From Actinomycetota bacterium (GTDB lineage: Bacteria; Actinomycetota; Acidimicrobiia; Acidimicrobiales; Ilumatobacteraceae), in NCBI GenBank assembly GCA_041164245.1, contig JBEAPU010000055.1, positions 5,114 through 69,113 of the forward strand: DNA of 64,000 bases. Direction: 5' to 3'. The translations under genes and the position numbers were made by a program. Positions 19,577 through 28,116 of the stretch are shown piece by piece; positions within the stretch are counted from its first letter, which is position 1, and each line of letters opens with the position of its first letter. The notes beneath the pieces are model-generated. The model was not told the DNA's origin and ran no database searches. It saw only the letters and a list, made by a program, of their open reading frames with translations.

Positions 19577-20181
19577 GGCAGGATCGGCTCCGCCGCGTTG
19601 ACGAGGAGCGCCGTCAGGTCGCTGCCGCGCCCGAGCGCATCGGCCAGCACGACGCAGTGGCGGGACTCGGCGGAGATGATCGAGGCGATCGTCTCGGCCG
19701 CATTCACCTGCCCCACCAACTCGAGCAGTTCGGTGTGCGTGGCGACTGCAGCCGACTCGAGGTCGTACGCGGCCTGGACGGCGTCCTTCCCGGCGAAACC
19801 GCTGCGCAGTGCCTCGAGGAGCCCCTCGTCCCGGCTGTCCGCCGAGAGGCCGGTGAGGCTGGCGATGGCGTGGGCGTAGGCCTCATGCTGTTCGGACATC
19901 GGCTCCCACAGGGCACTGTCCGGACCGGAGGCGGATGCGACGTCGTAGAGGGCGCTCGCCGTGAGTTCGAGCCGTTGCGCGTGCCGCAGCAGTGCCAGCT
20001 CGTCCTCGGTGAACTCGTTCGGGGCCGCGGCCGCGGAGCGGGAGCCCGCGATGGCCAGCGCCGCTGCCGCGAGGCCACCGGCGATGAGGTGCCGACGTCC
20101 GGCGACCGATTCGGGATCTGGGGTGTTGGCGTCCCCTGGGGTCTCGTTCACGGGGGCGTGTCCTTTCGGGATCGTGCTCAT
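19573..20181 (-). CDS. Tat-signal ferritin-like domain protein
   Basis: Start ATG 20181 (MSTIPKG). GRRHLIAGGLAAAALAIAGSRSAAA leader. Helical segments LRHAQRLELTASALYD, EQHEAYAH and AESRHCVVL. Confidence 0.55.
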   Translation of the reverse strand: MSTIPKGHAPVNETPGDANTPDPESVAGRRHLIAGGLAAAALAIAGSRSAAAAPNEFTEDELALLRHAQRLELTASALYDVASASGPDSALWEPMSEQHEAYAHAIASLTGLSADSRDEGLLEALRSGFAGKDAVQAAYDLESAAVATHTELLELVGQVNAAETIASIISAESRHCVVLADALGRGSDLTALLVNAAEPILP

Positions 20182-20284
20182 CGTCTGGTGCTCGTCGTGT
20201 CGGCCGGGGAACCCCTCCGCCCGCCGGAGCCGGCGACGGGGAACCACCCGGGAGTCTGCCGGGGTGACGGCACGGTCCCCAAGT

Positions 20285-21730
20285 CTAGAAGTCGAGGGCC
20301 GAGAGCTCCGGTATCCACCGCCGCGAACGCTCGACCGCCAGGTGCCATCGTTCCCGGTCCGGCTGACCGACGGGGTCGACCACCGTCGCCGGGCGCCGGG
20401 TACCGGCGATGTCGGCCACCTCGGCACCGGTGAGCCCGGCCCGGGCCAGGTCGGCCGCCCCGACCGTCGTCGCCTCGGCGTGGGCGGCGACCTCCACCGG
20501 ACGCCCGGCCGCGTCGGCGAGGAGCTGGACGAAGGTCGGGTTTCGGCTCATCCCGCCGTCGACCCTCACGGCTCCGATTGCCAGCCCGGTGTCGGCCTCG
20601 GCCGCCTCGATCAGGTCGACCCCGCGGTGGGCGACCCCGGCGAGGACCGCTCGCACCACCTCGGCCCGCCCGGTTCCCCGGGTCGCCCCGATCAGCATGC
20701 TGCGGGAGCCGTAGTCCCAGTGCGGAGTGCCGAGCCCCAGAGGCGCCGGCACGAACACGACTCCGCCCGTGTCGGAGCACGTGGCCGCGACGTCGTGGCT
20801 GTGCGCCGGCGAATCGATGAGGCCGAGATCCTCGCTCAACCACTCGACGTTCGTGCCGGCCGCCAGCATGATCGCCTCGGCCCCGAAGGTCCGTCGACCG
20901 TCCCGGGACCAGGCGACGATCCCGAAGCACCCGTGGTCGGACCGTCCGCCGCGGCCGGCGAGGGCATCGTCGTCGCCGGTGCAGACGTCGAGCATCCCGC
21001 CCGTACCGAAGGTGACCTTGGCCATGCCCGGTCGGACGCAGCCCTGGCCGACGAGCGAGGCCTGCTGGTCGCCGACGATGGCGGTAATCGGGGGAGCGCC
21101 GGGCAGGGCCGCGGCCATCGCAGCGACCCCCACGCTGTCGACGATCGAGGGCAGGGCCGAGCGGGGCACGCCGAAGATCCCGCACAGTCGGTCGTCCCAC
21201 GTCCCGGTGCGGGCCGAGTACAGACCGGTGACGGCGGCCTCCGTGTGGTCCGTCACGTGGGCTGACCCACCCGAGAGGGCCCACACGACCCACGAGTCGA
21301 CGGTCCCCACGCACAGGTCGCGATCGAGGGCACCCTCGACCGACGACAGAAGCCATGCCGCCTTGGTGGCCGTCTGGTTCGGCGCGACCGCCACTGCGTG
21401 CTCGGCGCGGACCGTGAGGCACTCGCCGACGGTGCGCAGGTCCTGCCATCCGAGTCCGGGGCCGAGCGGTTCGCCGGTGGATCGGTCCCAGACGATCGTG
21501 CTCGCCCGTTGGGTCGTGACGCCGACCGCCCCGACGCTCCCGACCGACGACACCGCGTCCCGGGCCATGTCGACGACCGTCACCGCCATGGCGACCGGAT
21601 CGAACTCGACGAGTCCCGGGAACGGACTGGTCGGTGCGAGTCGCCGCTGGTCGAAGTGGATGAGTTGGCCGGACTCGTCGGCCACGGCCACCCTGACGCT
21701 CGTGGTGCCGACGTCGACGACGAGGATCAT
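20285..21730 (-). CDS. FGGY-family carbohydrate kinase (divergent glycerol-kinase-like)
   Basis: MILVVDVGTTSVR..., GVTTQRASTIVWD...WQDLRT and FGTGGM. Its ATG overlaps the upstream stop (tcat 21727..21730). Confidence 0.8.
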   Translation of the reverse strand: MILVVDVGTTSVRVAVADESGQLIHFDQRRLAPTSPFPGLVEFDPVAMAVTVVDMARDAVSSVGSVGAVGVTTQRASTIVWDRSTGEPLGPGLGWQDLRTVGECLTVRAEHAVAVAPNQTATKAAWLLSSVEGALDRDLCVGTVDSWVVWALSGGSAHVTDHTEAAVTGLYSARTGTWDDRLCGIFGVPRSALPSIVDSVGVAAMAAALPGAPPITAIVGDQQASLVGQGCVRPGMAKVTFGTGGMLDVCTGDDDALAGRGGRSDHGCFGIVAWSRDGRRTFGAEAIMLAAGTNVEWLSEDLGLIDSPAHSHDVAATCSDTGGVVFVPAPLGLGTPHWDYGSRSMLIGATRGTGRAEVVRAVLAGVAHRGVDLIEAAEADTGLAIGAVRVDGGMSRNPTFVQLLADAAGRPVEVAAHAEATTVGAADLARAGLTGAEVADIAGTRRPATVVDPVGQPDRERWHLAVERSRRWIPELSALDF

Positions 21731-22149
21731 CGGCGACCCCTCTCGATCGAGGGCAGCACACCCTGGTTGCGCAGCCGTCGGCCGAGGAGTCCGCCGAGCA
21801 GACCGACACCCATCACCACGCTCAGGTTGAACATCGCTCCGAACCAGTTGACCTCGTCGCCGGTGACGAGTTCGAAGGCGATGAACACGGTCTGGGCCGC
21901 GATGTACGTCCCGGCCGCAGTGGCAATGCCGTGACTGATCGGCAGGCCGACGCGCTGCACCCACGCAGCGCAGCCGGCCCCGACGCCGAACCCGGCGACC
22001 GCCCCGATGCTCAACCACACGGCGAGGGCCGTGTTCCCCGCCGACGCGGCCCATGAGGCACCGAGCGAGAGGGGCACGGCGAACACCAGCGCCACCAGCG
22101 CACCGGCCCGCAGAGCGACTGCGTCCCAGCGACCGGTCGGGGCGTTCAC
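21727..22149 (-). CDS. small integral membrane protein
   Basis: About 140 aa with four hydrophobic segments. GTG 22149 overlaps the upstream TGA (tcac 22146..22149). Confidence 0.6.
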   Translation of the reverse strand: MNAPTGRWDAVALRAGALVALVFAVPLSLGASWAASAGNTALAVWLSIGAVAGFGVGAGCAAWVQRVGLPISHGIATAAGTYIAAQTVFIAFELVTGDEVNWFGAMFNLSVVMGVGLLGGLLGRRLRNQGVLPSIERGRR

Positions 22150-23702
22150 CAGCGCACCGGCCCGAGTCGGTCGGGCAGCCCGAGTTTGCCCGGGTTGAGG
22201 ATGCCGAGGGGATCGAGGGCCTCCTTGACGGCGACGAGCACCCCGAAGGCATCGCCGAGGGCGGCTGGCATGAACCGGGCCCGGTTCAGGCCGATCCCGT
22301 GGTGGTGTGACAGGTTCCCGCCTGCGGCGAGGGCGGCTCCCTGGGCGGCGTCCCACATCTGGCGGTGGACACGGTCCACCCAGTCCGGTCCGCTCCGCTC
22401 AGGGTCCTCACGATCCGGCCGTGCCGCGAAGCTGAAGTACAGGCAGGCGCCGTCCGGGTAGCTGTGGGACAGGTGCGCCGACACGTTGACCACTCCAGGG
22501 ACGGCCGACGTCGCCGACCGCACCGCCTCGTGGACTCGGGCCAGGCCCGACCAGGCGACCGTGACCTCCATGGTGTCGACGACGAATCCGCGCTCGGTCA
22601 GGGCCTGCAGCGCCCCCGTGTCGTTGCGATGTCGGAGCCAGTTCTCGACGAGGTCGCCGTCAGCGGCCCCACCCCCACAGGAGCGGACATGCTCGTCGAC
22701 GACGTCCATCGTCGCCCCGACGAGAGCGGGGTGGCCCTCGTCGAGCACGAGGAGTGCACATCCGACGCCGTCGCCACCGTGGGATCGTGCCGACTCGATC
22801 GGGTCGTAGAGGCGGAACACCGCCGGAGTCGCGCCGGCCCGGATCGTGCGCCGACACGCTTCGAACGCCGCGTCGAGGTCGGGCAGCCGGTAGGCGGCGG
22901 TCGCGACGAACTCGGCCACCGGATGGGTCCGCAGCGAGACCTCGGTGATCACGCCGAGCGTTCCCTCCGATCCGATGAACAACTGGTCGAGATCGGGTCC
23001 GACGGCGCCGGCGGCGTGCCCGCCGGTGGTCACCACGCTCCCGTCGGCCAGCACCACCTCGAGGCCGACGACCATGTCCTCGATCTTGCCGTACCGCGTC
23101 GAGTACTGACCGGCGCCCCGGCACGCCACCCACCCTCCGACCGTCGCCAGGTCGAAGCTCTGGGGGAAGTGACCGACGCTCAGGCCGTGGTGCTCCCCAA
23201 GCGCGGCCTCGAGGTCGGGGCCGAAGGTGCCGGCGCGCACCCGAACGACACCGGACTCGACGTCGATGTCGACGATGCCGGCCAGTCCGGTCAGGTCGAG
23301 CAGCACGCCACCGTGCACCGTGAGCGTCCCGCCGCACACGCCGCTGCGCCCGCCGGCCGGTGTGACCGGCAGGCGGTGTCGATGGCACGCCGTCATCAGC
23401 GCCGCGACCTCGGCGGTCGTGCGCGGTCGGGCGATGACCCCGGCCAGGCGGGGCACGTCACCGGCGAGGGCCCAGTGCAGTGCCAGTGGCCACCAGTCGC
23501 GGCTGGCCTCGGCCCGTCCGTCCGGACCGATGACCACATCGTGGATCGGGCAGGCAGCGGCCAGATCGGACCGGGCATCCGGCCCGATCGGGACGACCGT
23601 CGACTCCAGCCGCTCGCCCGGGTCGGAGTCGGTCCCGGCGAGCGGGATCGGCGGGACCGGACGGCCGATGGTCCCGGCCGAGGTGGGTGGGTGGTCGTTC
23701 AT
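22146..23702 (-). CDS. FAD-binding oxidase (GlcD / alkyl-DHAP-synthase-like, FAD_binding_4 family)
   Basis: PAGGRSGVCGG in the FAD-binding region and C-terminal HHHGIGLNRA...LDPLGILNPGK. ATG 23702 overlaps the glpD stop. Confidence 0.8.
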   Translation of the reverse strand: MNDHPPTSAGTIGRPVPPIPLAGTDSDPGERLESTVVPIGPDARSDLAAACPIHDVVIGPDGRAEASRDWWPLALHWALAGDVPRLAGVIARPRTTAEVAALMTACHRHRLPVTPAGGRSGVCGGTLTVHGGVLLDLTGLAGIVDIDVESGVVRVRAGTFGPDLEAALGEHHGLSVGHFPQSFDLATVGGWVACRGAGQYSTRYGKIEDMVVGLEVVLADGSVVTTGGHAAGAVGPDLDQLFIGSEGTLGVITEVSLRTHPVAEFVATAAYRLPDLDAAFEACRRTIRAGATPAVFRLYDPIESARSHGGDGVGCALLVLDEGHPALVGATMDVVDEHVRSCGGGAADGDLVENWLRHRNDTGALQALTERGFVVDTMEVTVAWSGLARVHEAVRSATSAVPGVVNVSAHLSHSYPDGACLYFSFAARPDREDPERSGPDWVDRVHRQMWDAAQGAALAAGGNLSHHHGIGLNRARFMPAALGDAFGVLVAVKEALDPLGILNPGKLGLPDRLGPVRW

Positions 23703-25324
23703 CGGGTGGTGCCTCCTGTGGCGGCTGCCTCGGCGTCGCACAGCGCCATGTAGCGGGCGATCTCGTCCTCGGTCCGGTGCCGGTCCCAGCCGAGTTCGGC
23801 GGCCAGCAGGGCCGCCGCACCCTCGGCGGCGGCGATCGCCGCGGCGCGATTCAGCAGGTGGCCCCGGTGACGCCGGGTCATCACGTCGACGAGGGTGCCG
23901 GCCAGTTCGTGACGGACGGCGACGATCACATCGGCACCGCACAGGTCGGTGCCGGGGGCCAGCGGGTCGGCGAGGCCCGGGTCGGCGGCGCGGATCGCCG
24001 CGCCGACGTCAGGACTGACCGGCTGGATCCGGAGGCGACGGGTGCGGCAGCGCCGGCGGCCACCGAGGATCCCGTCGACGGCGTCGACCGTGTCGGCGGC
24101 CATCGCCCGGTATGTGGTGAGCTTCCCACCGATCACGCGCACGAGTCCGGAGCGACTCGAGTCGACCCGGTGGCGGCGCGACAGGTCGGCGGTCCGGCCG
24201 GCCGCCGCGGGTCCGTGACCGGTGCCGTCGCCCGACTCGACGAGCGGCCGCAGCCCGGCCCACACCCCAGTGACGTGCTCGGGACCGACGACGGTGTCGA
24301 GGTTGATGTTGAGGGCCCGCAGGAGGTAGGCGACATCGTCGGGCGTGCACTCGACCGAGTCGATCCCGGCGTCGTGGTCGGTGTCGGTCGTGCCGACGTA
24401 CGTCACGTCGAAGCCACCGTCGGATCGCGGCCCGTCGGGGACGAGGAAGATGCTCCGCCGGTCGCCGGGGACGGGGAGCACGACGGCGATCTCGTTGCGC
24501 ACGAGCTCCCACGGAACCGTGATGTGCACGCCGCGAGCCGGCCGGATCCGGACCGCCGGGAGCGCCCCGGCCATCGTGTCGGCCACGAGGCCGTCGACCC
24601 GTTCGGCCCACACCCCGGCCGCGTTGACGACGCAGCGGGTCGGCACCACGACCGGGCCGTCATCGGTGTCGAGGACGACTGACGAGATGCGACCGTCGGT
24701 GTCGACGTCGATCCGTGTCACCGGGCAGTGGTTGAGCACGATCGCCCCGTTGGCCGCAGCCGTTCTGGCGACGTCGAGGGTCAGACGGGCATCGTCCGCG
24801 GTGGCGTCGAAGTACAGGTAGGCACCGGCGAGGCGCTCGGGGTCGAGGGTCGGGCACCGTCGGTGCGCCGCCGTGGCACGGAGGCGGCGGTGGAGGCGAC
24901 CGATCCGCCAGCCCCCGACCATGTCGTACATCCACATCGCTCCGCCGAGCGCCCTGGCGATCCGGCGCGGGAACAGCCCGTCACGGGTGAGGATCGGCAG
25001 GAGGAACGGCAGCACCTCGACCAGGTGCGGGGCGTTGCGCATCAGGATCCGTCGTTCCCTGAGCGCCTCGGCGACGAGGCGGGTCTCGCCCTGCTGCAGG
25101 TAGCGCAGACCACCGTGGACCAGCTTCGAACTCTTGGACGACGTGCCGGACGCGATGTCGTCGCGGTCGACGAGCAGGACCCGGTACCCGCGGGTGACGG
25201 CATCGAGGGCGACCCCGGCGCCGGTGATGCCGGCACCGACCACGACGACATCGACCCCGTCGATCGCCGCGTCCCGCAGGCGGGCGAGCATCTGGGCGCG
25301 GCCGAGGGGCTCGGAGGTGAACAT
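23699..25324 (-). CDS. glpD: FAD-dependent glycerol-3-phosphate dehydrogenase
   Basis: Start ATG 25324. VDVVVVGAGITGAGVA dinucleotide fold and SSKSSKLVHGGLRYL. The rest of the 1011-aa ORF is antisense to the next gene. Confidence 0.9.
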   Translation of the reverse strand: MFTSEPLGRAQMLARLRDAAIDGVDVVVVGAGITGAGVALDAVTRGYRVLLVDRDDIASGTSSKSSKLVHGGLRYLQQGETRLVAEALRERRILMRNAPHLVEVLPFLLPILTRDGLFPRRIARALGGAMWMYDMVGGWRIGRLHRRLRATAAHRRCPTLDPERLAGAYLYFDATADDARLTLDVARTAAANGAIVLNHCPVTRIDVDTDGRISSVVLDTDDGPVVVPTRCVVNAAGVWAERVDGLVADTMAGALPAVRIRPARGVHITVPWELVRNEIAVVLPVPGDRRSIFLVPDGPRSDGGFDVTYVGTTDTDHDAGIDSVECTPDDVAYLLRALNINLDTVVGPEHVTGVWAGLRPLVESGDGTGHGPAAAGRTADLSRRHRVDSSRSGLVRVIGGKLTTYRAMAADTVDAVDGILGGRRRCRTRRLRIQPVSPDVGAAIRAADPGLADPLAPGTDLCGADVIVAVRHELAGTLVDVMTRRHRGHLLNRAAAIAAAEGAAALLAAELGWDRHRTEDEIARYMALCDAEAAATGGTTR

Positions 25325-25426
25325 CGCCACGGATCGTAGATGGGCCCGGAGGTCACGACCTGACCGACCCGCCGCTCGGGACGCCCTAGCGTGTGGGTCG
25401 GGCGTCGTCCCGCCCACCCCGTCCCC

Positions 25427-26680
25427 ATGCGAGACCCCGACCTCACCGTGCTCGACCCGCCCGCCGGTCATCTCGACGAGGCCGCCGTGCGCGGCGAACT
25501 GGCGAAGGTGTTCGACGTCTGCGCCGGGTGCCGACGGTGCCTCGATCGTTGTGACCTGTTCCCGGGCCTCGTCGACATCGTCGAGCGGGTCGGTGAGGCC
25601 GGGATGATGACCCCGGCCGATCAGGACCGGGTCGTGGATGCCTGCCACGGCTGCGGTGCGTGCCGCCACGGCTGCCCCTTCGCCCCCGGCGTGCACGACG
25701 CAGCGGTCGACGTGCCGTCGCTCGTGCTGCGGAGCGCGGCCATGCGTCGCGCGTCGGGTCAGCAACCACCGGCCGATCGTCGTGCGTCCCTGGTGCTCGG
25801 CGATCGCCGCCGCTGGACGCTGCTCGCATCGCTGCCCGCCCCCGTGCGCCGATTCGCGGCACGGTCGATCGGTCTGGGCAGCCGACGGATGGCGACGCTG
25901 GTGCGGTCGGCCCGGGTCCGCAGCGGCCGGATGGCCACGGTGGCCGGGGCCACCGACGGTGCGATCGCCGCGGCCGTGATCGTCCCGACCTGCCTGACGG
26001 AGGCGTTCCGTCCCGGTGTCCGCCACGACATCGCCGCCGCCGCCGGGACCCTCGGTGTCACGTGTCGCACCTCGTACGGCGGCTGCTGCGGAGCCGGAGC
26101 CCTCCACGCAGGGGACCTGCGCCGGTTCCGACGCTCCGCCCGGCGCATGGTGGCCGACCTCGACGTCCACGTCGCCGCCGGGGCCGTCGTCGTCGTCCCC
26201 GAGGCCGCCTGCGCCGAGGTCATGCGGCGCCATCACCCCGAGGTCCTCGGCGGTGCGACTGCCGCCCGGGTCGCGGCGGCGGTCATCGGCCCCATCGAGT
26301 TCCTGAGCCGGGCGGTGGGCGGTGTCGACAGCCTCGTCCCGCCGTCGACCGCCGGGGGTGAGCGGATCCTCCTGGTCGCCGGCCCGTCGGGTCCGGACGG
26401 CTCCGAGACCCGCGCTGCGGTCGCGACACTCGAGGCGCTCGGCAACACGGTCGTCGTTGCCGAGGAGGGTACGGGCGTCGCCGGGCCGTGGGGTCTGCGC
26501 GCCGGGAACGATCCCGTCGCGTCGGGGGCGTGGGCGCGGCTCGCGGCCCGGGCCGCGGCGGTCGGCGCCGATCGGGTGCTCTCCGGTGACGTCGTGTGGC
26601 CGGTCGGGCCGGACGGGATCGGGGAACCGTCCGCTGTTGGCCACCCCGCCGAGGTGGTGGCGCGGGCGATCGTGTCCTGA
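25427..26680 (+). CDS. (Fe-S)-binding protein with CCG domains (GlpC/GlcF/HdrD-like)
   Basis: Two ferredoxin-type motifs, CAGCRRCLDRC and CHGCGACRHGCP. CCG motif GGCCGAG in the C-terminal half. Confidence 0.75.
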   Translation: MRDPDLTVLDPPAGHLDEAAVRGELAKVFDVCAGCRRCLDRCDLFPGLVDIVERVGEAGMMTPADQDRVVDACHGCGACRHGCPFAPGVHDAAVDVPSLVLRSAAMRRASGQQPPADRRASLVLGDRRRWTLLASLPAPVRRFAARSIGLGSRRMATLVRSARVRSGRMATVAGATDGAIAAAVIVPTCLTEAFRPGVRHDIAAAAGTLGVTCRTSYGGCCGAGALHAGDLRRFRRSARRMVADLDVHVAAGAVVVVPEAACAEVMRRHHPEVLGGATAARVAAAVIGPIEFLSRAVGGVDSLVPPSTAGGERILLVAGPSGPDGSETRAAVATLEALGNTVVVAEEGTGVAGPWGLRAGNDPVASGAWARLAARAAAVGADRVLSGDVVWPVGPDGIGEPSAVGHPAEVVARAIVS

Positions 26681-26702
26681 CGCCCGGGGGCGAACCTCGC
26701 CA

Positions 26703-26743
26703 TTGCCTTCGCGCCGACGGCGTTCTAGTGTCATTTGTCACAG
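26703..26743 (+). promoter_or_regulatory. candidate whiB promoter (TTGCCT-17-TAGTGT) overlapped by a GTG-N8-CAC CRP-like palindrome
   Basis: ttgcct 26703..26708, 17-nt spacer, tagtgt 26726..26731. aGTGTcatttgTCACA spans 26727..26742 in a locally AT-rich patch. SD ggagtgaggag precedes GTG 26766. Confidence 0.4.
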
Positions 26744-26765
26744 GTCGCCGGAGTGAGGAGTCGGG

Positions 26766-27005
26766 GTGTCGGAGCATCAGTTCGAATGGCGGATGGCAGG
26801 GGCGTGTCGGGGTCTCGATCCGGCGATCTTCCATCCCGACGACGATGACGATGCCGACACGGCCAAGGCGATCTGTGCGGACTGCGTCGTGCAGGTTGCC
26901 TGCCTCGACCACGCACTGGCCCGTCGGGAGAAGGTCGGCGTGTGGGGCGGCGCGACCGAACGCGAGCGGCGTCGCCTGCTCAGGCAGCGCCGTCGCAGCG
27001 CCTGA
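26766..27005 (+). CDS. whiB: WhiB-family transcriptional regulator
   Basis: Four Cys (C..C-x2-C-x5-C: CRGLD...CADCVVQVAC) and GVWGG turn followed by a basic tail. Confidence 0.9.
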   Translation: MSEHQFEWRMAGACRGLDPAIFHPDDDDDADTAKAICADCVVQVACLDHALARREKVGVWGGATERERRRLLRQRRRSA

Positions 27006-27045
27006 CCCGACGGTGACGGGACCGGGTCGGCCGTAACCTGCCCGC

Positions 27046-28116
27046 ATGCCGTCGCACACGGAGATTCTCGATGCCGCCGGTGGTTGGCCGGGCATCCTCA
27101 CCCGTCTCGTCGATGGGGAGGACCTCGCCTCCGAGGTGGCCGGGGCCGCGGTCGCCGAGATCCTCGCCGGCGACGTCAGCCCCGCTCGGATCGCCGCGTT
27201 CCTGGTCGGCCTGCGGGCCAAGGGCGAGTCGGCGTCGGAGCTCGCCGGCATGCTCGACGCCGTCATGGCCGACGCCGTGCGGGTCCCCCTCGCCGAGGAT
27301 CTGCGCGATGCGGCCGTCGACGTCGTCGGGACCGGAGGTGACCGATCCCATTCGATCAACGTCTCGACGATGGCGGCGCTCGTCACCGCAGGAGCCGGAG
27401 TGCCGGTGTGCAAGCACGGGAATCGAGCCGCGTCGTCCTCGTGCGGCACCGCCGATGTGCTCGAGGCCCTCGGCGTCACCATCGAGTTGTCGCCCGCCGG
27501 TGTGGCGTCGTGCGTGGAGGAGGCGGGAATCGGCTTCTGCTTCGCCCCGGCCTTCCATCCTGCGTTCCGGCACGCCGGTCCGGTCAGGCGGGAGATCGGC
27601 GTGCGCACGGCGTTCAACCTGCTCGGACCGATGGCCAACCCGGCGGGGGTGCGGCGCCAGTTGATCGGGGTGGCCGACCCGGCCGTCGCCGACGTCATGG
27701 TCCACACGCTGGCGGCCCGGGGCTCGACACACGCCTGGGTGGTCCACGGCTCCGGTCTCGACGAGCTGTCGACGACCGGACCGTCGACGGTGACCGAACT
27801 CCTGGACGGGGCGATCAGCCGACACGAGGTGGACCCGGTCCGGTGGGGTCTGGAGCGGGTCGACGCAGCGGCCCTCGTCGGTGGGGGCCCCGAGGTGAAC
27901 GCGGCGGTGGTGCGTGCCGTGCTCGACGGTGAGCCCGGGCCGCACCGGGACATCGTCGTGCTCAACGCCGGCGCGGCCCTCGTCGTCGCCGGCCGGGTGG
28001 ACGACCTCGGCGCCGGGCTCGCCGCCGCCGGGGAGAGCATCGACTCGGGTCGTGCCGCCGCTGCGCTCGACCGGCTCGTCGAGGTCTCCGGCCGAGTCGC
28101 GGGCGGGACCCGATGA
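27046..28116 (+). CDS. trpD: anthranilate phosphoribosyltransferase
   Basis: VVGTGGDRSHSINVST and KHGNRAASSSCG motifs. Confidence 0.9.
   Translation: MPSHTEILDAAGGWPGILTRLVDGEDLASEVAGAAVAEILAGDVSPARIAAFLVGLRAKGESASELAGMLDAVMADAVRVPLAEDLRDAAVDVVGTGGDRSHSINVSTMAALVTAGAGVPVCKHGNRAASSSCGTADVLEALGVTIELSPAGVASCVEEAGIGFCFAPAFHPAFRHAGPVRREIGVRTAFNLLGPMANPAGVRRQLIGVADPAVADVMVHTLAARGSTHAWVVHGSGLDELSTTGPSTVTELLDGAISRHEVDPVRWGLERVDAAALVGGGPEVNAAVVRAVLDGEPGPHRDIVVLNAGAALVVAGRVDDLGAGLAAAGESIDSGRAAAALDRLVEVSGRVAGGTR

Noticed and set aside
23699-26734. 1011-aa minus-strand ORF suggesting a giant fusion protein
   Set aside because: Only the C-terminal 541 aa (from ATG 25324) is GlpD. The N-terminal 470 aa are R/G/P-rich, motif-free, and antisense to the plus-strand Fe-S/CCG gene, which has clear Cys motifs. 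This is a typical stop-codon-poor artefact of high GC.
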